This document shows, piece by piece, positions 31,801-40,491 of a stretch of 64,000 bases of DNA. The stretch comes from an uncultured bacterium. GTDB lineage: Bacteria > Verrucomicrobiota > Kiritimatiellia > RFP12 > UBA1067. A program made the translations under genes and the position numbers. Each line of letters opens with the position of its first letter. Position 1 is the first letter of the stretch. The DNA lies in NCBI GenBank assembly GCA_902799385.1, contig CADCAK010000004.1, forward strand, positions 7,448 to 71,447, given 5' to 3'. The notes beneath the pieces were generated by a model. It was not told the DNA's origin, did no database searches, and saw nothing but the letters and a program-made list of their open reading frames with translations.

Positions 31801-32327
31801 TGAGGATTCCGTTCACCGGCAATGCGGCCAACACGTCCGACCTGTTCAGCAACATGGGCAGCCTGCTTGACTTCCTCGAGCGCCTGATGGCCAGCCCGTG
31901 GGCGTGGATCAAGGAGCCAGGCATCGAAGGCGACGTCGCGAGGCGCGCGATCGACTCCACCTTCAGCGCGATCGACAAGTCGTCGTCCACGATCACCTAC
32001 TACGACGCGCCGATGGAGCAGCCGTTCTTCCACGTCCGCTCCGTTGACTCGAAGATCAGCGTGTATCCGGGCGCTACGATCGTCATGGGCGGTCTCATCA
32101 CCGAGGCACGCAAGGCCATGGATGACAAGATCCCGTTCCTCGGCGACATACCGTTCATAGGGCGGCTCTTCCGCAGCCATTCCGAGCAGACGTCCAAGCG
32201 CAACCTCCTCATATTCGTCACTACGAGGATCGTCGACGGCCGCGGACGCGAGATGCACAACGACGCAATCGACAGCATCGCCGACCAGGATTCCGCGACG
32301 GCCGCGCCCGAACTGCCGGCGGACTGA
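28845..32327 (+). CDS. Type II/IV-pilus secretin (Amuc_1098-like) with a Pro/Ala/Glu linker and TPR-like region
   Basis: Signal peptide. Secretin core motifs VEIETRFIEV, LSAPKV, REVGV.L.VTP and G.TIVMGGLI...KIPFLGDIPFIGRLFRS......RNLLIFVT. Confidence 0.88.
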   Translation: MRNLRKYVASTAAIAFIVLGQSMNAQDDLDDLLAGLEGETPPAAPAAPAPAPAVVEPAPAVEEPAPAPAVEEPAPAAEEPAPAVEEPAPVPAAEEPAPAAEEPAPAPAEPAPAAADEKDLNDTLNLLDELSAEEPVSNDKSDEAPVAPAPAPAAEQPAPAVEEPAPAAEPAPAPAARSGALQQHKDGPLIDEILTVEKLRREAMDVQAMREIREAKASMASGEYVEAVRHYGIAIKLLNDSPKAMEYKSMCTAGIAEGLYMAALEEERTGRRERAVKYMQKAVDLRHPKARRQLEAWNSTEDPDAHKTDVSEISHRRNDAEYKTIREAERRHLKRARHFLAQRELDRALDECELVLLKDPYNQEALRLRDSIMRKREVILAQERETARKGWITDVDKSWRPPYAVNASAREEKKGETVPRETGPGAETTIEQQIVQRMKAMRLPAISFKPPATIIDAVEYFRGASKDFDDPARPIEQRGFNFVLKTPEAVRMQPVAAAGDDADDFSDTGSADAAAGGPLGVPVIPMITASDITFYDALKLVCESVEYKFSVQGPIVMVMHKDMSTEELVTRSFPVLSSFTEKMGSAKEDITTMRASGGSGFGGGSRKNDEGEENEERDWKEFFSLLGVKWPEGSSIFYVKTVGRLFVKNTQDNLAEFENVLAQLNQQVTLVEIETRFIEVCQDDLSSLGFEWILNSDYSIGLNKHIAKALGVRGGGWGLRGGNADNAHTYRTSSTYDSSDTLGTSSSREYSTDTLIQNGGTPSTVSSDRRVSSLSSLFSEQGGSTVSRSDTYSRTMYDRSTGADWISTGGRRTIGANAIQGVSDFGDASNISGVYSTGQRYLSTLNNHISGQGSAYNDQFVKLNAFLGSADLSMILHMLAQRSDTDLLSAPKVLTRPGEEAVMKVVTEYIYPTDYDVQLQSSSSSGSSYGGSQSAILAVVEPQSFTMREVGVILQVTPTLTDDGNVVDLELNTQVVDEPTWKNYGMRIPFTGNAANTSDLFSNMGSLLDFLERLMASPWAWIKEPGIEGDVARRAIDSTFSAIDKSSSTITYYDAPMEQPFFHVRSVDSKISVYPGATIVMGGLITEARKAMDDKIPFLGDIPFIGRLFRSHSEQTSKRNLLIFVTTRIVDGRGREMHNDAIDSIADQDSATAAPELPAD
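28966..29370 (+). repeat. Coding tandem repeats (V/A)EEPAPA in the secretin N-terminus
   Basis: Repeated GAGGAGCCCGCGCCTGC units of ~21-27 nt. Confidence 0.85.
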
Positions 32328-32349
32328 GGCCGGTTTGCAACGACAGAGC

Positions 32350-33120
32350 ATGAAACTCGCGTTGACAGGGGGGATTGCCTGCGGCAAGTCCCTCCTTTCC
32401 GTTTTCCTGAACGAACTCGGCGTCGAGACGCTCGACGCCGACGACGTCGTGCACGAGATACTTCCCGACCCCGAGGAACGTCGGCGCATCGCGGCAGAGG
32501 TCTTCGCCGATCCCGAAAAGCGCCGCGCCCTTGAAGCGAAGATTCACCCGTTGGTAAAAGAGAGGATTGACCAGTGGCTGGGAGAGGTGCTTTCGCCTGC
32601 GGCTAGTGCTTTCGCGGCTTCGCACCCCTCTAGCGACCGTTTGCGCGGCGCGCTTAGCTCGGGGGATATGCTAGTGCTTTCGCGCGGCAAAGCCGCGCTG
32701 GTGCAGGGTGTGGGTAAGCACCAGGCACCAGGCACCAGGTCGGCGCAGCCGACCGCAGGCACCAGCGCCGCAGGCGCGCAGGCACCAGCCGCAGGCGAAA
32801 GCACCTGCGCCGCAGGCGCGCAAGCACCAACTATCCGCATAGCGATAATCCCTCTTCTCTTCGAAGCCCACTGGGAGAAAAATTTTGATATAATATGTTG
32901 CGTCGCCTCTTCACGCGAGAGGCAAATCGAACGGATGACGGCGACGCGGGGGATGACACGTGCGGAGGCCGAGGCCAGGCTTGCGGCGCAGCTGTCGGTC
33001 GAGGAAAAGGCAAGGCGTTCGCACTACGTCATCCGGAACGACGGAACGGCCGACGAACTTCGCGCAGAGGCGCAAAAGCTTGTCGACTGGCTGAAGACTC
33101 ATAACCACAAAACCACTTAA
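32350..33120 (+). CDS. coaE: Dephospho-CoA kinase with an in-frame repeat insertion
   Basis: P-loop ALTGGIACGKS, DAD..VH, LEA.IHP, IPLLFE, R..AQ and VI.NDG. About 80 inserted residues. Confidence 0.9.
   Translation: MKLALTGGIACGKSLLSVFLNELGVETLDADDVVHEILPDPEERRRIAAEVFADPEKRRALEAKIHPLVKERIDQWLGEVLSPAASAFAASHPSSDRLRGALSSGDMLVLSRGKAALVQGVGKHQAPGTRSAQPTAGTSAAGAQAPAAGESTCAAGAQAPTIRIAIIPLLFEAHWEKNFDIICCVASSRERQIERMTATRGMTRAEAEARLAAQLSVEEKARRSHYVIRNDGTADELRAEAQKLVDWLKTHNHKTT
32585..32828 (+). mobile_element. Intragenic coding palindromic element, copy 2 (in coaE)
   Basis: Shared core. A perfect 20-bp inverted repeat AGGTGCTTTCGCCTGCGGCT (32585-32604) / AGCCGCAGGCGAAAGCACCT (32787-32806) encloses 222 nt, followed by one extra tail module. 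Confidence 0.88.
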
Positions 33121-33140
33121 CCACCAAACCACATAACCAT
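33103..33140 (+). repeat. 8-nt tandem array (AACCACNN x4-5) immediately upstream of rho
   Basis: AACCACAA AACCACTT AACCACCA AACCACAT AACCAT, the same family as 24977-25036. Confidence 0.8.
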
Positions 33141-33142
33141 TT

Positions 33143-34705
33143 ATGGCAGAAGAACTAGACGTGTTCGCGGGCGCAGTCACCAATGGCGCCGCGCAGAAAC
33201 CCCAGCAACCCCAGCCTCAGCAGCAGGGGGGCAGCATCGGCAACGGCCAGAAGAAGCGGTTCCACAGCCGCGGAGGGAAGGGCTTCGCCCGCAGCGCCAA
33301 GCAGAACAACTCCCCGATTCGCGGCGCGAACGGCGCGGAAAGCGTAAACCCGCTTCTCAACGCGCCGCTTCCCACCGAGCAGCGCCCGCTCGAACCCGAG
33401 ACGCCCGCGAACCCGAACCGCAACCCCGATCTCCCCGAGTACCGCCTCGCCGACATCCAGACCTGGGCCGCGCCCGTCATAGTCGAGCGCATGATGCCCG
33501 GCGCCGACCCCGAGGAGCTCGGCACCTACCGCAAGCACGAGCTCATCTTCGCGGCGATACGCAGGTACCTCGCGAACGGCGGCGCCGTGCTCGCCTCGGG
33601 CTGCCTTGAAATCGTCCGCGAGGGGCACGGCTTCCTCCGCTCGGCGAAGAACAACTTCCTCGCCTGCCCGGAGGACGTCTTCGTAACGCAGCAGCAGATA
33701 CGCCGCCACGCGCTCAGGACGGGCGACATCGTGGAGGGCCCGATCCGCGACCCGCGCGACCGCGACCGCTTCTTCTGCCTCGGCAACGTCGCGATCGTCA
33801 ACGGCAAGGAGCCGTCCGTCGCCGCGCGCGTGATCCACTTCGAGAACCTCACCGCCACGTTCCCGACGAGGCGCATCATCCTCGAGACCGACCCCAAGGA
33901 GTTCTCGACTCGCGTCGTAGACCTCTTCACGCCGATCGGCTTTGGCCAGCGCGGGCTCATCATCGCGCCGCCGCGCGTCGGCAAGACGGTCCTACTTCAG
34001 AAGATGGCCAACGCCATATCGAAGAACTACCCGGAGGCGATGCTCATAATCCTCCTCATCGACGAGCGTCCCGAGGAAGTGACGGACATGCAGCGCAACA
34101 CGAAGGCGATGGTGCTTTCGTCGACGTTCGACGAGGAGCCGCAGCACCACGTGAACGTCACCGAGATGGTGCTCGAGATGTCGAAGCGCCAGGTCGAGAA
34201 CGGCCGCGACGTCATAATACTCATGGACTCCCTCACGCGCATGGCGCGCGCCTACAACACCGTCCAGCCGCACTCCGGCAAGATACTGACGGGCGGCGTG
34301 GACGCGCTTGCGATGCACAGGCCGAAGCGCTTCTTCGGCGCGGCGCGCAACATCGAGGGCGGCGGCTCGCTCACCATCATCGCCACCGGCCTCGTCGACA
34401 CCGGCTCCAGGATGGACGAGGTGATCTTCGAGGAGTTTAAGGGCACGGGCAACATGGAGATCGTCCTCGACCGCAGCCTTGCCGACAAGCGCATCTATCC
34501 CGCGATCGACATCGACAAGTCGGGGACGCGCAAGGAGGACCTGCTGCTCGACCCGATGGAGCTCGAGAAGACGTGGGGCATGCGCCGCATCCTCTCCGAC
34601 GCGGGCCCCGAGAGCGCGATGAAGTCGGTGCTAAATTCGCTGAAGAAGACCCAGTCCAACCCGGAGTTCCTTCTCGCCCTCGACTTGAAGAACCTGGAGC
34701 GCTGA
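33143..34705 (+). CDS. rho: Transcription termination factor Rho with an N-terminal low-complexity extension
   Basis: Motifs [42 protein letters not shown] and [11 protein letters not shown]. Confidence 0.97.
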   Translation: MAEELDVFAGAVTNGAAQKPQQPQPQQQGGSIGNGQKKRFHSRGGKGFARSAKQNNSPIRGANGAESVNPLLNAPLPTEQRPLEPETPANPNRNPDLPEYRLADIQTWAAPVIVERMMPGADPEELGTYRKHELIFAAIRRYLANGGAVLASGCLEIVREGHGFLRSAKNNFLACPEDVFVTQQQIRRHALRTGDIVEGPIRDPRDRDRFFCLGNVAIVNGKEPSVAARVIHFENLTATFPTRRIILETDPKEFSTRVVDLFTPIGFGQRGLIIAPPRVGKTVLLQKMANAISKNYPEAMLIILLIDERPEEVTDMQRNTKAMVLSSTFDEEPQHHVNVTEMVLEMSKRQVENGRDVIILMDSLTRMARAYNTVQPHSGKILTGGVDALAMHRPKRFFGAARNIEGGGSLTIIATGLVDTGSRMDEVIFEEFKGTGNMEIVLDRSLADKRIYPAIDIDKSGTRKEDLLLDPMELEKTWGMRRILSDAGPESAMKSVLNSLKKTQSNPEFLLALDLKNLER

Positions 34706-34731
34706 AATCCCCAACGGAAAGGCGGTTCACC

Positions 34732-37700
34732 ATGAAGAAGGCCATAGCTCCCGTCGTTATGCTGCTTGCGACGTTGCCGGCGCTTGCGTCGGCCCGGCGC
34801 GTAGACTACGCCGGCTACCGGATCGGCGATTCCGGCGTGCTTGACGACCAGACCCGCATTTCCGGCCTGCCCGCGCTGGTCGAGGAATCGGGCCGCCCCG
34901 AGCAGACTGCGGTTGAGCTTGCGGCCGAGGTTGTAGTTGGCCAGAGGCCCGTCCGGTGGTGGGCGTACAGCAGCGCGAGCAACGTCCCGGCGTCGCAGAC
35001 CGACCCCAATCCCCATACGCAGTACAACGACGTCGTGGAGCTCGCCGCCGGTGTCTATTCGCTGACGTGGACCTACGGCACGGCCGGCTATTCGCCTGCG
35101 TTTGCCGTCGTCGACTACGACTACATAACGTACAGCCTCTCCTACAACGCGAACGGCGGCAGCGGGCCCCTTCCCCCGACCGAGACGCGCATCGTCTACA
35201 CGAACTCGGTTGAAATAGCGGCCGGCGGGCTGTCGCGCACTGGCTACGCCTGGAGCGGCTGGACGAACAGCCTGTCGACAACCGTTTGGACGGGCGGCGA
35301 GACCGTTTCGGGCGGCGAGCTGGGGCTCAACTCGGTTGTCGACGGCTCCAACGTCGTCCTCCGCGCCAAGTGGACGCCGAACGTCTACACTGTGAGATTC
35401 CTGAAGAACACGTGGGACGACGTGGTCGGCGACACGCCCTCCATGTCGCTGACGTACGACGTGCCCGCCAACTTGACTTCCAATGCGTTTGTCCGCACGG
35501 GATACAGGTTCTCGGGATGGGCGACGGAAGAGGGCGGGGACCGGGTCTACAGGGACGGCGCCCAGGTCGTCAACCTGTCCGCGGTCAACATGGACACGGT
35601 CAGCCTCTACGCAGTATGGGCGGCGAAGACGTTCTCGGTGAAGTACCATAGGAACGACGGCTCCGGCCAGACGAGGACTCAGGGGAACCAGTCATTCGAC
35701 ACCCCCGTGGAGATCGTCTCGGAATCCCCCCGCGTCGATTCCGGCTATGAATTCGCCGGATGGGCGACGTCTCCCGACGGCGTGGTGGAATACGAGGCGG
35801 GCAGCAAGTACCAGATCGACCCCGGCGACGCGGACGTCGTCCATCTATACGCCGTATGGTCGCCCGTCGAGTACACCGTGAGGTTTGACGCGAACGGCGG
35901 CGAGGGGACGATGGCCGACGCGGTCGTGAGGTACGACGAAGTCTACACGGTCCCCGGCTGCGGCTTCTCTAAGGCCGGAGTCGATTTCCTCGGCTGGGCG
36001 ACGAACGTCGCCGCAGGCGTGGCGTTCGTCGGCGGGGAGGCCGTCTCCAACCTCGCGGCAAAGGCGGGCGCCGTCGTCACATTCTACGCCGTGTGGACGG
36101 AGACGCGGTACGTCGCGTTCTACGGCAACGGCGCGGACAACCCGGATGCAATGCTGGGCGATGCGATGACATTCGAGGGCCTCGAGACAAAGACGCTCGT
36201 GCCGAACAGGTTCGAGAGGACGGGCTACTCCTTCTCCGGTTGGGCGGTCGGCGAGGCGGCGGCTGCCGCGCGGGAAGTCGCCTACACCAACTGTGAGGAC
36301 GTCGTCAGCGCGGACCTGTGGGGGGCGACGGGCGAGACGAACGTCTTCTGGGCGGTCTGGCTGGCGAACGGGTATGCCGTGGCCTTTGACCCCGGCGGCG
36401 GCGCCGTCTCGCCGGCTTCAAAGGATGTCGTCTACGACGAGGCGTATGGCGACCTTCCGCAGCCGGTGCGGACGGGGTACGGGTTCGGCGGCTGGTACGA
36501 CGATGCGTCCGGTGGGTCGAGGGTGACTTCGGCAAGCGTCGTGAAGACGGCGGGCGACCACACGCTCTACGCGCGCTGGACCGCCAACAGCTACGTGGTT
36601 TCGTTCGATCCGCATGGCGGGACGGTCTCGCCAGCGTCCAACGTGGTGGCCTATGCCTCGGCCTACGGCGACCTGCCGACGCCCGAGAGGTGGGGCTTCA
36701 AGTTCGTCGGCTGGTACGATGCCGCGTCCGACGGCTCGCCGGTGACGGCGGACACCGCTGTCGCGACGCCTGCCGACCACACGCTCCACGCCAGGTGGGC
36801 CGCGTTGAGATATGTGGCGTTTGAAGGCAACGGGGCCGAGAGCGCCGACGCGATGGCCGGGGACACGATGACTTTCGAGGGCGTCGAGACGAAGGCCCTC
36901 GTCGCCAGCAAGTTCGTGAAGACGGGCTTCACTTTCGCGGGGTGGGCGACGAACGAGGCCGCCGCCGCCGCGCTGGACGTCGCCTACGCCGACCGCGCGA
37001 ACGTCGTCAGCACCAACCTGTGGGAGTCGCCCGGCGGAACGAACTTCCTCTACGCGGCCTGGCGGACGAACGCGTACACCGTGGTGTTCAAGAGGAACGG
37101 CGGCACGCTCACGCGCGACGACATGGAAGACCAGGTCTTCCTCTATGGCCAGGAGCAGGAGCTGTCGGAGCTCAATTTCGTCTCGGACCTGGAGTTCAGA
37201 GGATGGGCGACCAGCGAGACAGGCGACGTCGTGTTTGGCGACATGGCGACGGTGTCCAACCTGACCGCCGAAGCCGACGGCGTGGTGGTTCTCTACGCGG
37301 TATGGGACAACGGCGGCCTTTCCAAGGCGATGCACTGCGGCAACCTTGCCTGGAAGACGCTCGAGAACGGCACCGACTGGCAAGTCGCCTACGGCGAGGG
37401 CGAGGGATGCGATCCCAGCGGGTCAGCCGTCTCCAACATGGTGTTCTGGACCTCCAACGAGGCATACCTAAAGTCTAAGGACCTTTCGTTTAAGCCGGCG
37501 ACGTCGGGAGGCATGCTGTCGTTCTGGTACAAGACGTCTTCCAACGACAGGTGGAACTACCTCACTTTCAATGGCGAGGGAATCGCCTCGAGCACGACGT
37601 GGAGGCAGTACGGCCCCGTCTACGTGGACGGCGTTGTCGGCGCCAGGATATCCTACAGGGCCGACCAAAGCTACGGCGAAGACGCCTATACCGTCTGGAT

Positions 37701-40491
37701 CGACCAGGTGAAGTGGGAGCCGGACGGCGTGGAGTCGCCCGAGGACTTCGAGGCGATAGAGCTGCTGCCGCGCAATGCCATCGTCAACGGGGAGGAGGCT
37801 GGCAATGCGTTCTTTGCCGCCACGGGAACGCGCGTGGACCGGGGTCATGCAGCCCCGCGCGTCTGCTGCACGGCCGAGGCCATGCCGCTCGAGGGGATCG
37901 TGTTCGACGGCTGGCGGCTGACGGCGGGCGGGGAGTCCTGTGCCACGAACGGCAACCCGCTTTTCATCGACGGCAGGTACGCATGCTTCACGAACGAGAG
38001 CGTTTCGACCTGCGATGTCCGCGCCGTGTTCAAGTGGATCGAGTACCGCATCCGCTACGATGCAAACGGCGGCCACGGAACGGTTGCGCCCGATTCGTCT
38101 AGCTACTTCTACACCAACGAAGTCGCGCTTGCGTACGCGAGCCCGTCGCCCGGCTACAGCCTCGCCGGCTGGAGCACGAACGCGACCGGAAGGGCCGCGT
38201 TCATGCCGGGGCAGGTCGTGACGGGGGCCGACCTCGGCGCGACGGCGGACGGGGTCGTGACGCTCTACGCGGAATGGACGCAGAACGTGTACACCGTCAC
38301 GTTCCGCTACAGGGACGGCAGCGGCGCACTCGTCGGCGCGGCCCAGTCCGTCCTCGGCACGGAGAGCGCGCTGCCGCCCGATCCGTCCGAGTACGATTCG
38401 TGGGCTGACCACGGGTTCATCGGCTGGGACGTGGACTATTCAAGCGTCGTCGGCGACATGATGGTGACCGCGCAGTACGAGCAATGCGAGGCCTGCACGG
38501 TCAGGTTTGAGCCGGGCGACGGCGCAGTCGGCTCGATGGGGGACATGGACTGCCTCGTCGGCGTCGAGCAGTGCCTTGCGTCCAACGCCTTCACGAAGGT
38601 CGGCTACGTCTTTGACGGCTGGGCGGTCGAGCCCAGCGGCGACGTGGCGTATGCCGACGGCGCGTCCGCTAGGTTCAATGCGGACGCCACGCTCTACGCC
38701 GTATGGTCGCCGATCCGGTATTCAATCGCCTTCGACGCGAATGGCGGCGAATGGCAGACCGACCCGTTTGAAGCGGAGTGCGTCTACGACGAACCGGTTT
38801 CGTTGCCGACTGGCATATTTGCCCGCGCCGGCCACGTGATGGCCGGATGGGTCTGCGGCGGGATGAACTACGCCTGCGGCGCGGTCGTGTCAAACCTGGC
38901 GGCGACGGTCGGCGCCGTCGTCGTGATGGCGGCCAGGTGGAGCTCCGTCGCGGATCTGCCCGTTGCGGTGTCCGGCCTTGTCTACGACGGCTCTGCGAAG
39001 ACCGGCGTCGTTGCGAGTGCGGGTTGCCTGCTTGCCGGCCACGTGGCGACGGGCGCCGGTTCGTACACCGCGACGGCGACTCTGGAGGAAGGGCGCGTCT
39101 GGCCCGACGGCACGGCCGGCGCGCGAACGGTAGCGTGGTCGATTGCCAAGGCGACGTACGACATGGGCGGGGTGGCGTTTGCGGACAGGACCTTCGAGGC
39201 CGACGGCACGCCGAAGTCGCTCGCCGTCTCGGGAACGCTTCCTGCCGGAGTGACGGTGTCCTATTCCGGCAACGGCATGACCGAGCCTGGGACATACAGG
39301 GTGACGGCGAGATTCTCGGGCGACGCGGCAAACTACGAGCCGATTCCCGACAAGGAGGCGACGTTGACAATAACCAGGAAGTCCGAGCCCGCTCCGCCCG
39401 ACCCGGGCCCCGATCCCGTCGATCCCGAGCCGGATCCGGAAGGTGTGCCCGAGCTTCATCCGAGCGGCATCGCCGCGCTGGGCGCCTTCACGGCCGAGAA
39501 GGCGGCGACCTACAACGGCTGGCTGAAGGACGGCGACGGGAGGATTGTCGCGCTGTTGATCGTCAAGACCACGGCGGCGAAGGCGGGAAGGGCGACGAAG
39601 TCCACGATTTCCGTGACGCCCGTGGACGGAAAGAAGTACACGAGGAAGACGACGTTCTTTCCCGGTGGGAACCCGACCGACGAATACGGCCTTGTCTACG
39701 GCGCGCGCGGGCTTCTCGGCACGTTCGGCGGCTATTTTGCCGAGGCCGCAGTCGATGTCTACAAGTCCAAGGTCGCCGAGGTGAAGTCGCTTGCCGCGGA
39801 CATTCCCGCTGCGACGCATACCTTCGCCGTGGACACTGGGAACGGGACTGCGGTATTCTCGGCCGTCGTCGCGAACACCGGGAAGACGAAGGTGCAGGGA
39901 TTCCTCGAGGACGGCGCAAGGATATCGGTCTCCGCCACAGGCGCGCTCGGGGAAGGCCACTTTGCCGTTCCGATAGTCTCGCCGAAGGCGGCGGCGAGGT
40001 GCGGCTTTGTCCTCTGGCTGCCGCTTGACGGCGGTTCGCCGACGCTCGCGAACTTCTACGACGCGACCTGGACGGCGTCGTCGTCGGGCGGGTCCTACGC
40101 CATGTCCGACGGCGAGCACATCTTCGACTTCGATGAGCCGGACTTCCGCGACTATCTCGCTTCGGTGGACGGCTTTGACGTAGCGCCGGTCGGCGCGGTT
40201 TTCGCCGTCAGGCTCGGCAAGTGGGACGCCGGCAGGACGGTCGGCCGGCTCAAGGCGGTCGACGGCGTGCCGACGGTCACGGGGACGGCGACCCCTTTGA
40301 ACCTGGGCGCGCTCAAGCTGTCGTACACGGCGAAGTCCGGGCTCGTGAAGGGTTCGTTCAAGCTGTACTACATGGACGGCAGGCGGCTCAAGTACGACAC
40401 CGTGACGGTCACGGGCGTCGTGGTGGACGGCAGGCTCTTCGGAAGCGGTACGATAAAGAAGCTCGGCTCCTTTGCCGTGTCTGCGCAATGA
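34732..40491 (+). CDS. Large secreted protein with many InlB B-repeat (Listeria-Bacteroides repeat) domains, a Pro-rich linker and a basic C-terminal domain
   Basis: Start ATG 34732 ([21 protein letters not shown] signal peptide). Repeated Y.V.FD.NGG...RTGY.F.GW...LYA.W units. MBG-like segment near 39150-39375. Confidence 0.85.
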   Translation: MKKAIAPVVMLLATLPALASARRVDYAGYRIGDSGVLDDQTRISGLPALVEESGRPEQTAVELAAEVVVGQRPVRWWAYSSASNVPASQTDPNPHTQYNDVVELAAGVYSLTWTYGTAGYSPAFAVVDYDYITYSLSYNANGGSGPLPPTETRIVYTNSVEIAAGGLSRTGYAWSGWTNSLSTTVWTGGETVSGGELGLNSVVDGSNVVLRAKWTPNVYTVRFLKNTWDDVVGDTPSMSLTYDVPANLTSNAFVRTGYRFSGWATEEGGDRVYRDGAQVVNLSAVNMDTVSLYAVWAAKTFSVKYHRNDGSGQTRTQGNQSFDTPVEIVSESPRVDSGYEFAGWATSPDGVVEYEAGSKYQIDPGDADVVHLYAVWSPVEYTVRFDANGGEGTMADAVVRYDEVYTVPGCGFSKAGVDFLGWATNVAAGVAFVGGEAVSNLAAKAGAVVTFYAVWTETRYVAFYGNGADNPDAMLGDAMTFEGLETKTLVPNRFERTGYSFSGWAVGEAAAAAREVAYTNCEDVVSADLWGATGETNVFWAVWLANGYAVAFDPGGGAVSPASKDVVYDEAYGDLPQPVRTGYGFGGWYDDASGGSRVTSASVVKTAGDHTLYARWTANSYVVSFDPHGGTVSPASNVVAYASAYGDLPTPERWGFKFVGWYDAASDGSPVTADTAVATPADHTLHARWAALRYVAFEGNGAESADAMAGDTMTFEGVETKALVASKFVKTGFTFAGWATNEAAAAALDVAYADRANVVSTNLWESPGGTNFLYAAWRTNAYTVVFKRNGGTLTRDDMEDQVFLYGQEQELSELNFVSDLEFRGWATSETGDVVFGDMATVSNLTAEADGVVVLYAVWDNGGLSKAMHCGNLAWKTLENGTDWQVAYGEGEGCDPSGSAVSNMVFWTSNEAYLKSKDLSFKPATSGGMLSFWYKTSSNDRWNYLTFNGEGIASSTTWRQYGPVYVDGVVGARISYRADQSYGEDAYTVWIDQVKWEPDGVESPEDFEAIELLPRNAIVNGEEAGNAFFAATGTRVDRGHAAPRVCCTAEAMPLEGIVFDGWRLTAGGESCATNGNPLFIDGRYACFTNESVSTCDVRAVFKWIEYRIRYDANGGHGTVAPDSSSYFYTNEVALAYASPSPGYSLAGWSTNATGRAAFMPGQVVTGADLGATADGVVTLYAEWTQNVYTVTFRYRDGSGALVGAAQSVLGTESALPPDPSEYDSWADHGFIGWDVDYSSVVGDMMVTAQYEQCEACTVRFEPGDGAVGSMGDMDCLVGVEQCLASNAFTKVGYVFDGWAVEPSGDVAYADGASARFNADATLYAVWSPIRYSIAFDANGGEWQTDPFEAECVYDEPVSLPTGIFARAGHVMAGWVCGGMNYACGAVVSNLAATVGAVVVMAARWSSVADLPVAVSGLVYDGSAKTGVVASAGCLLAGHVATGAGSYTATATLEEGRVWPDGTAGARTVAWSIAKATYDMGGVAFADRTFEADGTPKSLAVSGTLPAGVTVSYSGNGMTEPGTYRVTARFSGDAANYEPIPDKEATLTITRKSEPAPPDPGPDPVDPEPDPEGVPELHPSGIAALGAFTAEKAATYNGWLKDGDGRIVALLIVKTTAAKAGRATKSTISVTPVDGKKYTRKTTFFPGGNPTDEYGLVYGARGLLGTFGGYFAEAAVDVYKSKVAEVKSLAADIPAATHTFAVDTGNGTAVFSAVVANTGKTKVQGFLEDGARISVSATGALGEGHFAVPIVSPKAAARCGFVLWLPLDGGSPTLANFYDATWTASSSGGSYAMSDGEHIFDFDEPDFRDYLASVDGFDVAPVGAVFAVRLGKWDAGRTVGRLKAVDGVPTVTGTATPLNLGALKLSYTAKSGLVKGSFKLYYMDGRRLKYDTVTVTGVVVDGRLFGSGTIKKLGSFAVSAQ

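Noticed and set aside
32886-32894. TGATATAAT inside coaE as a possible rho promoter
   Set aside because: Fully explained by the codons for D-I-I, and there is no convincing -35 element.
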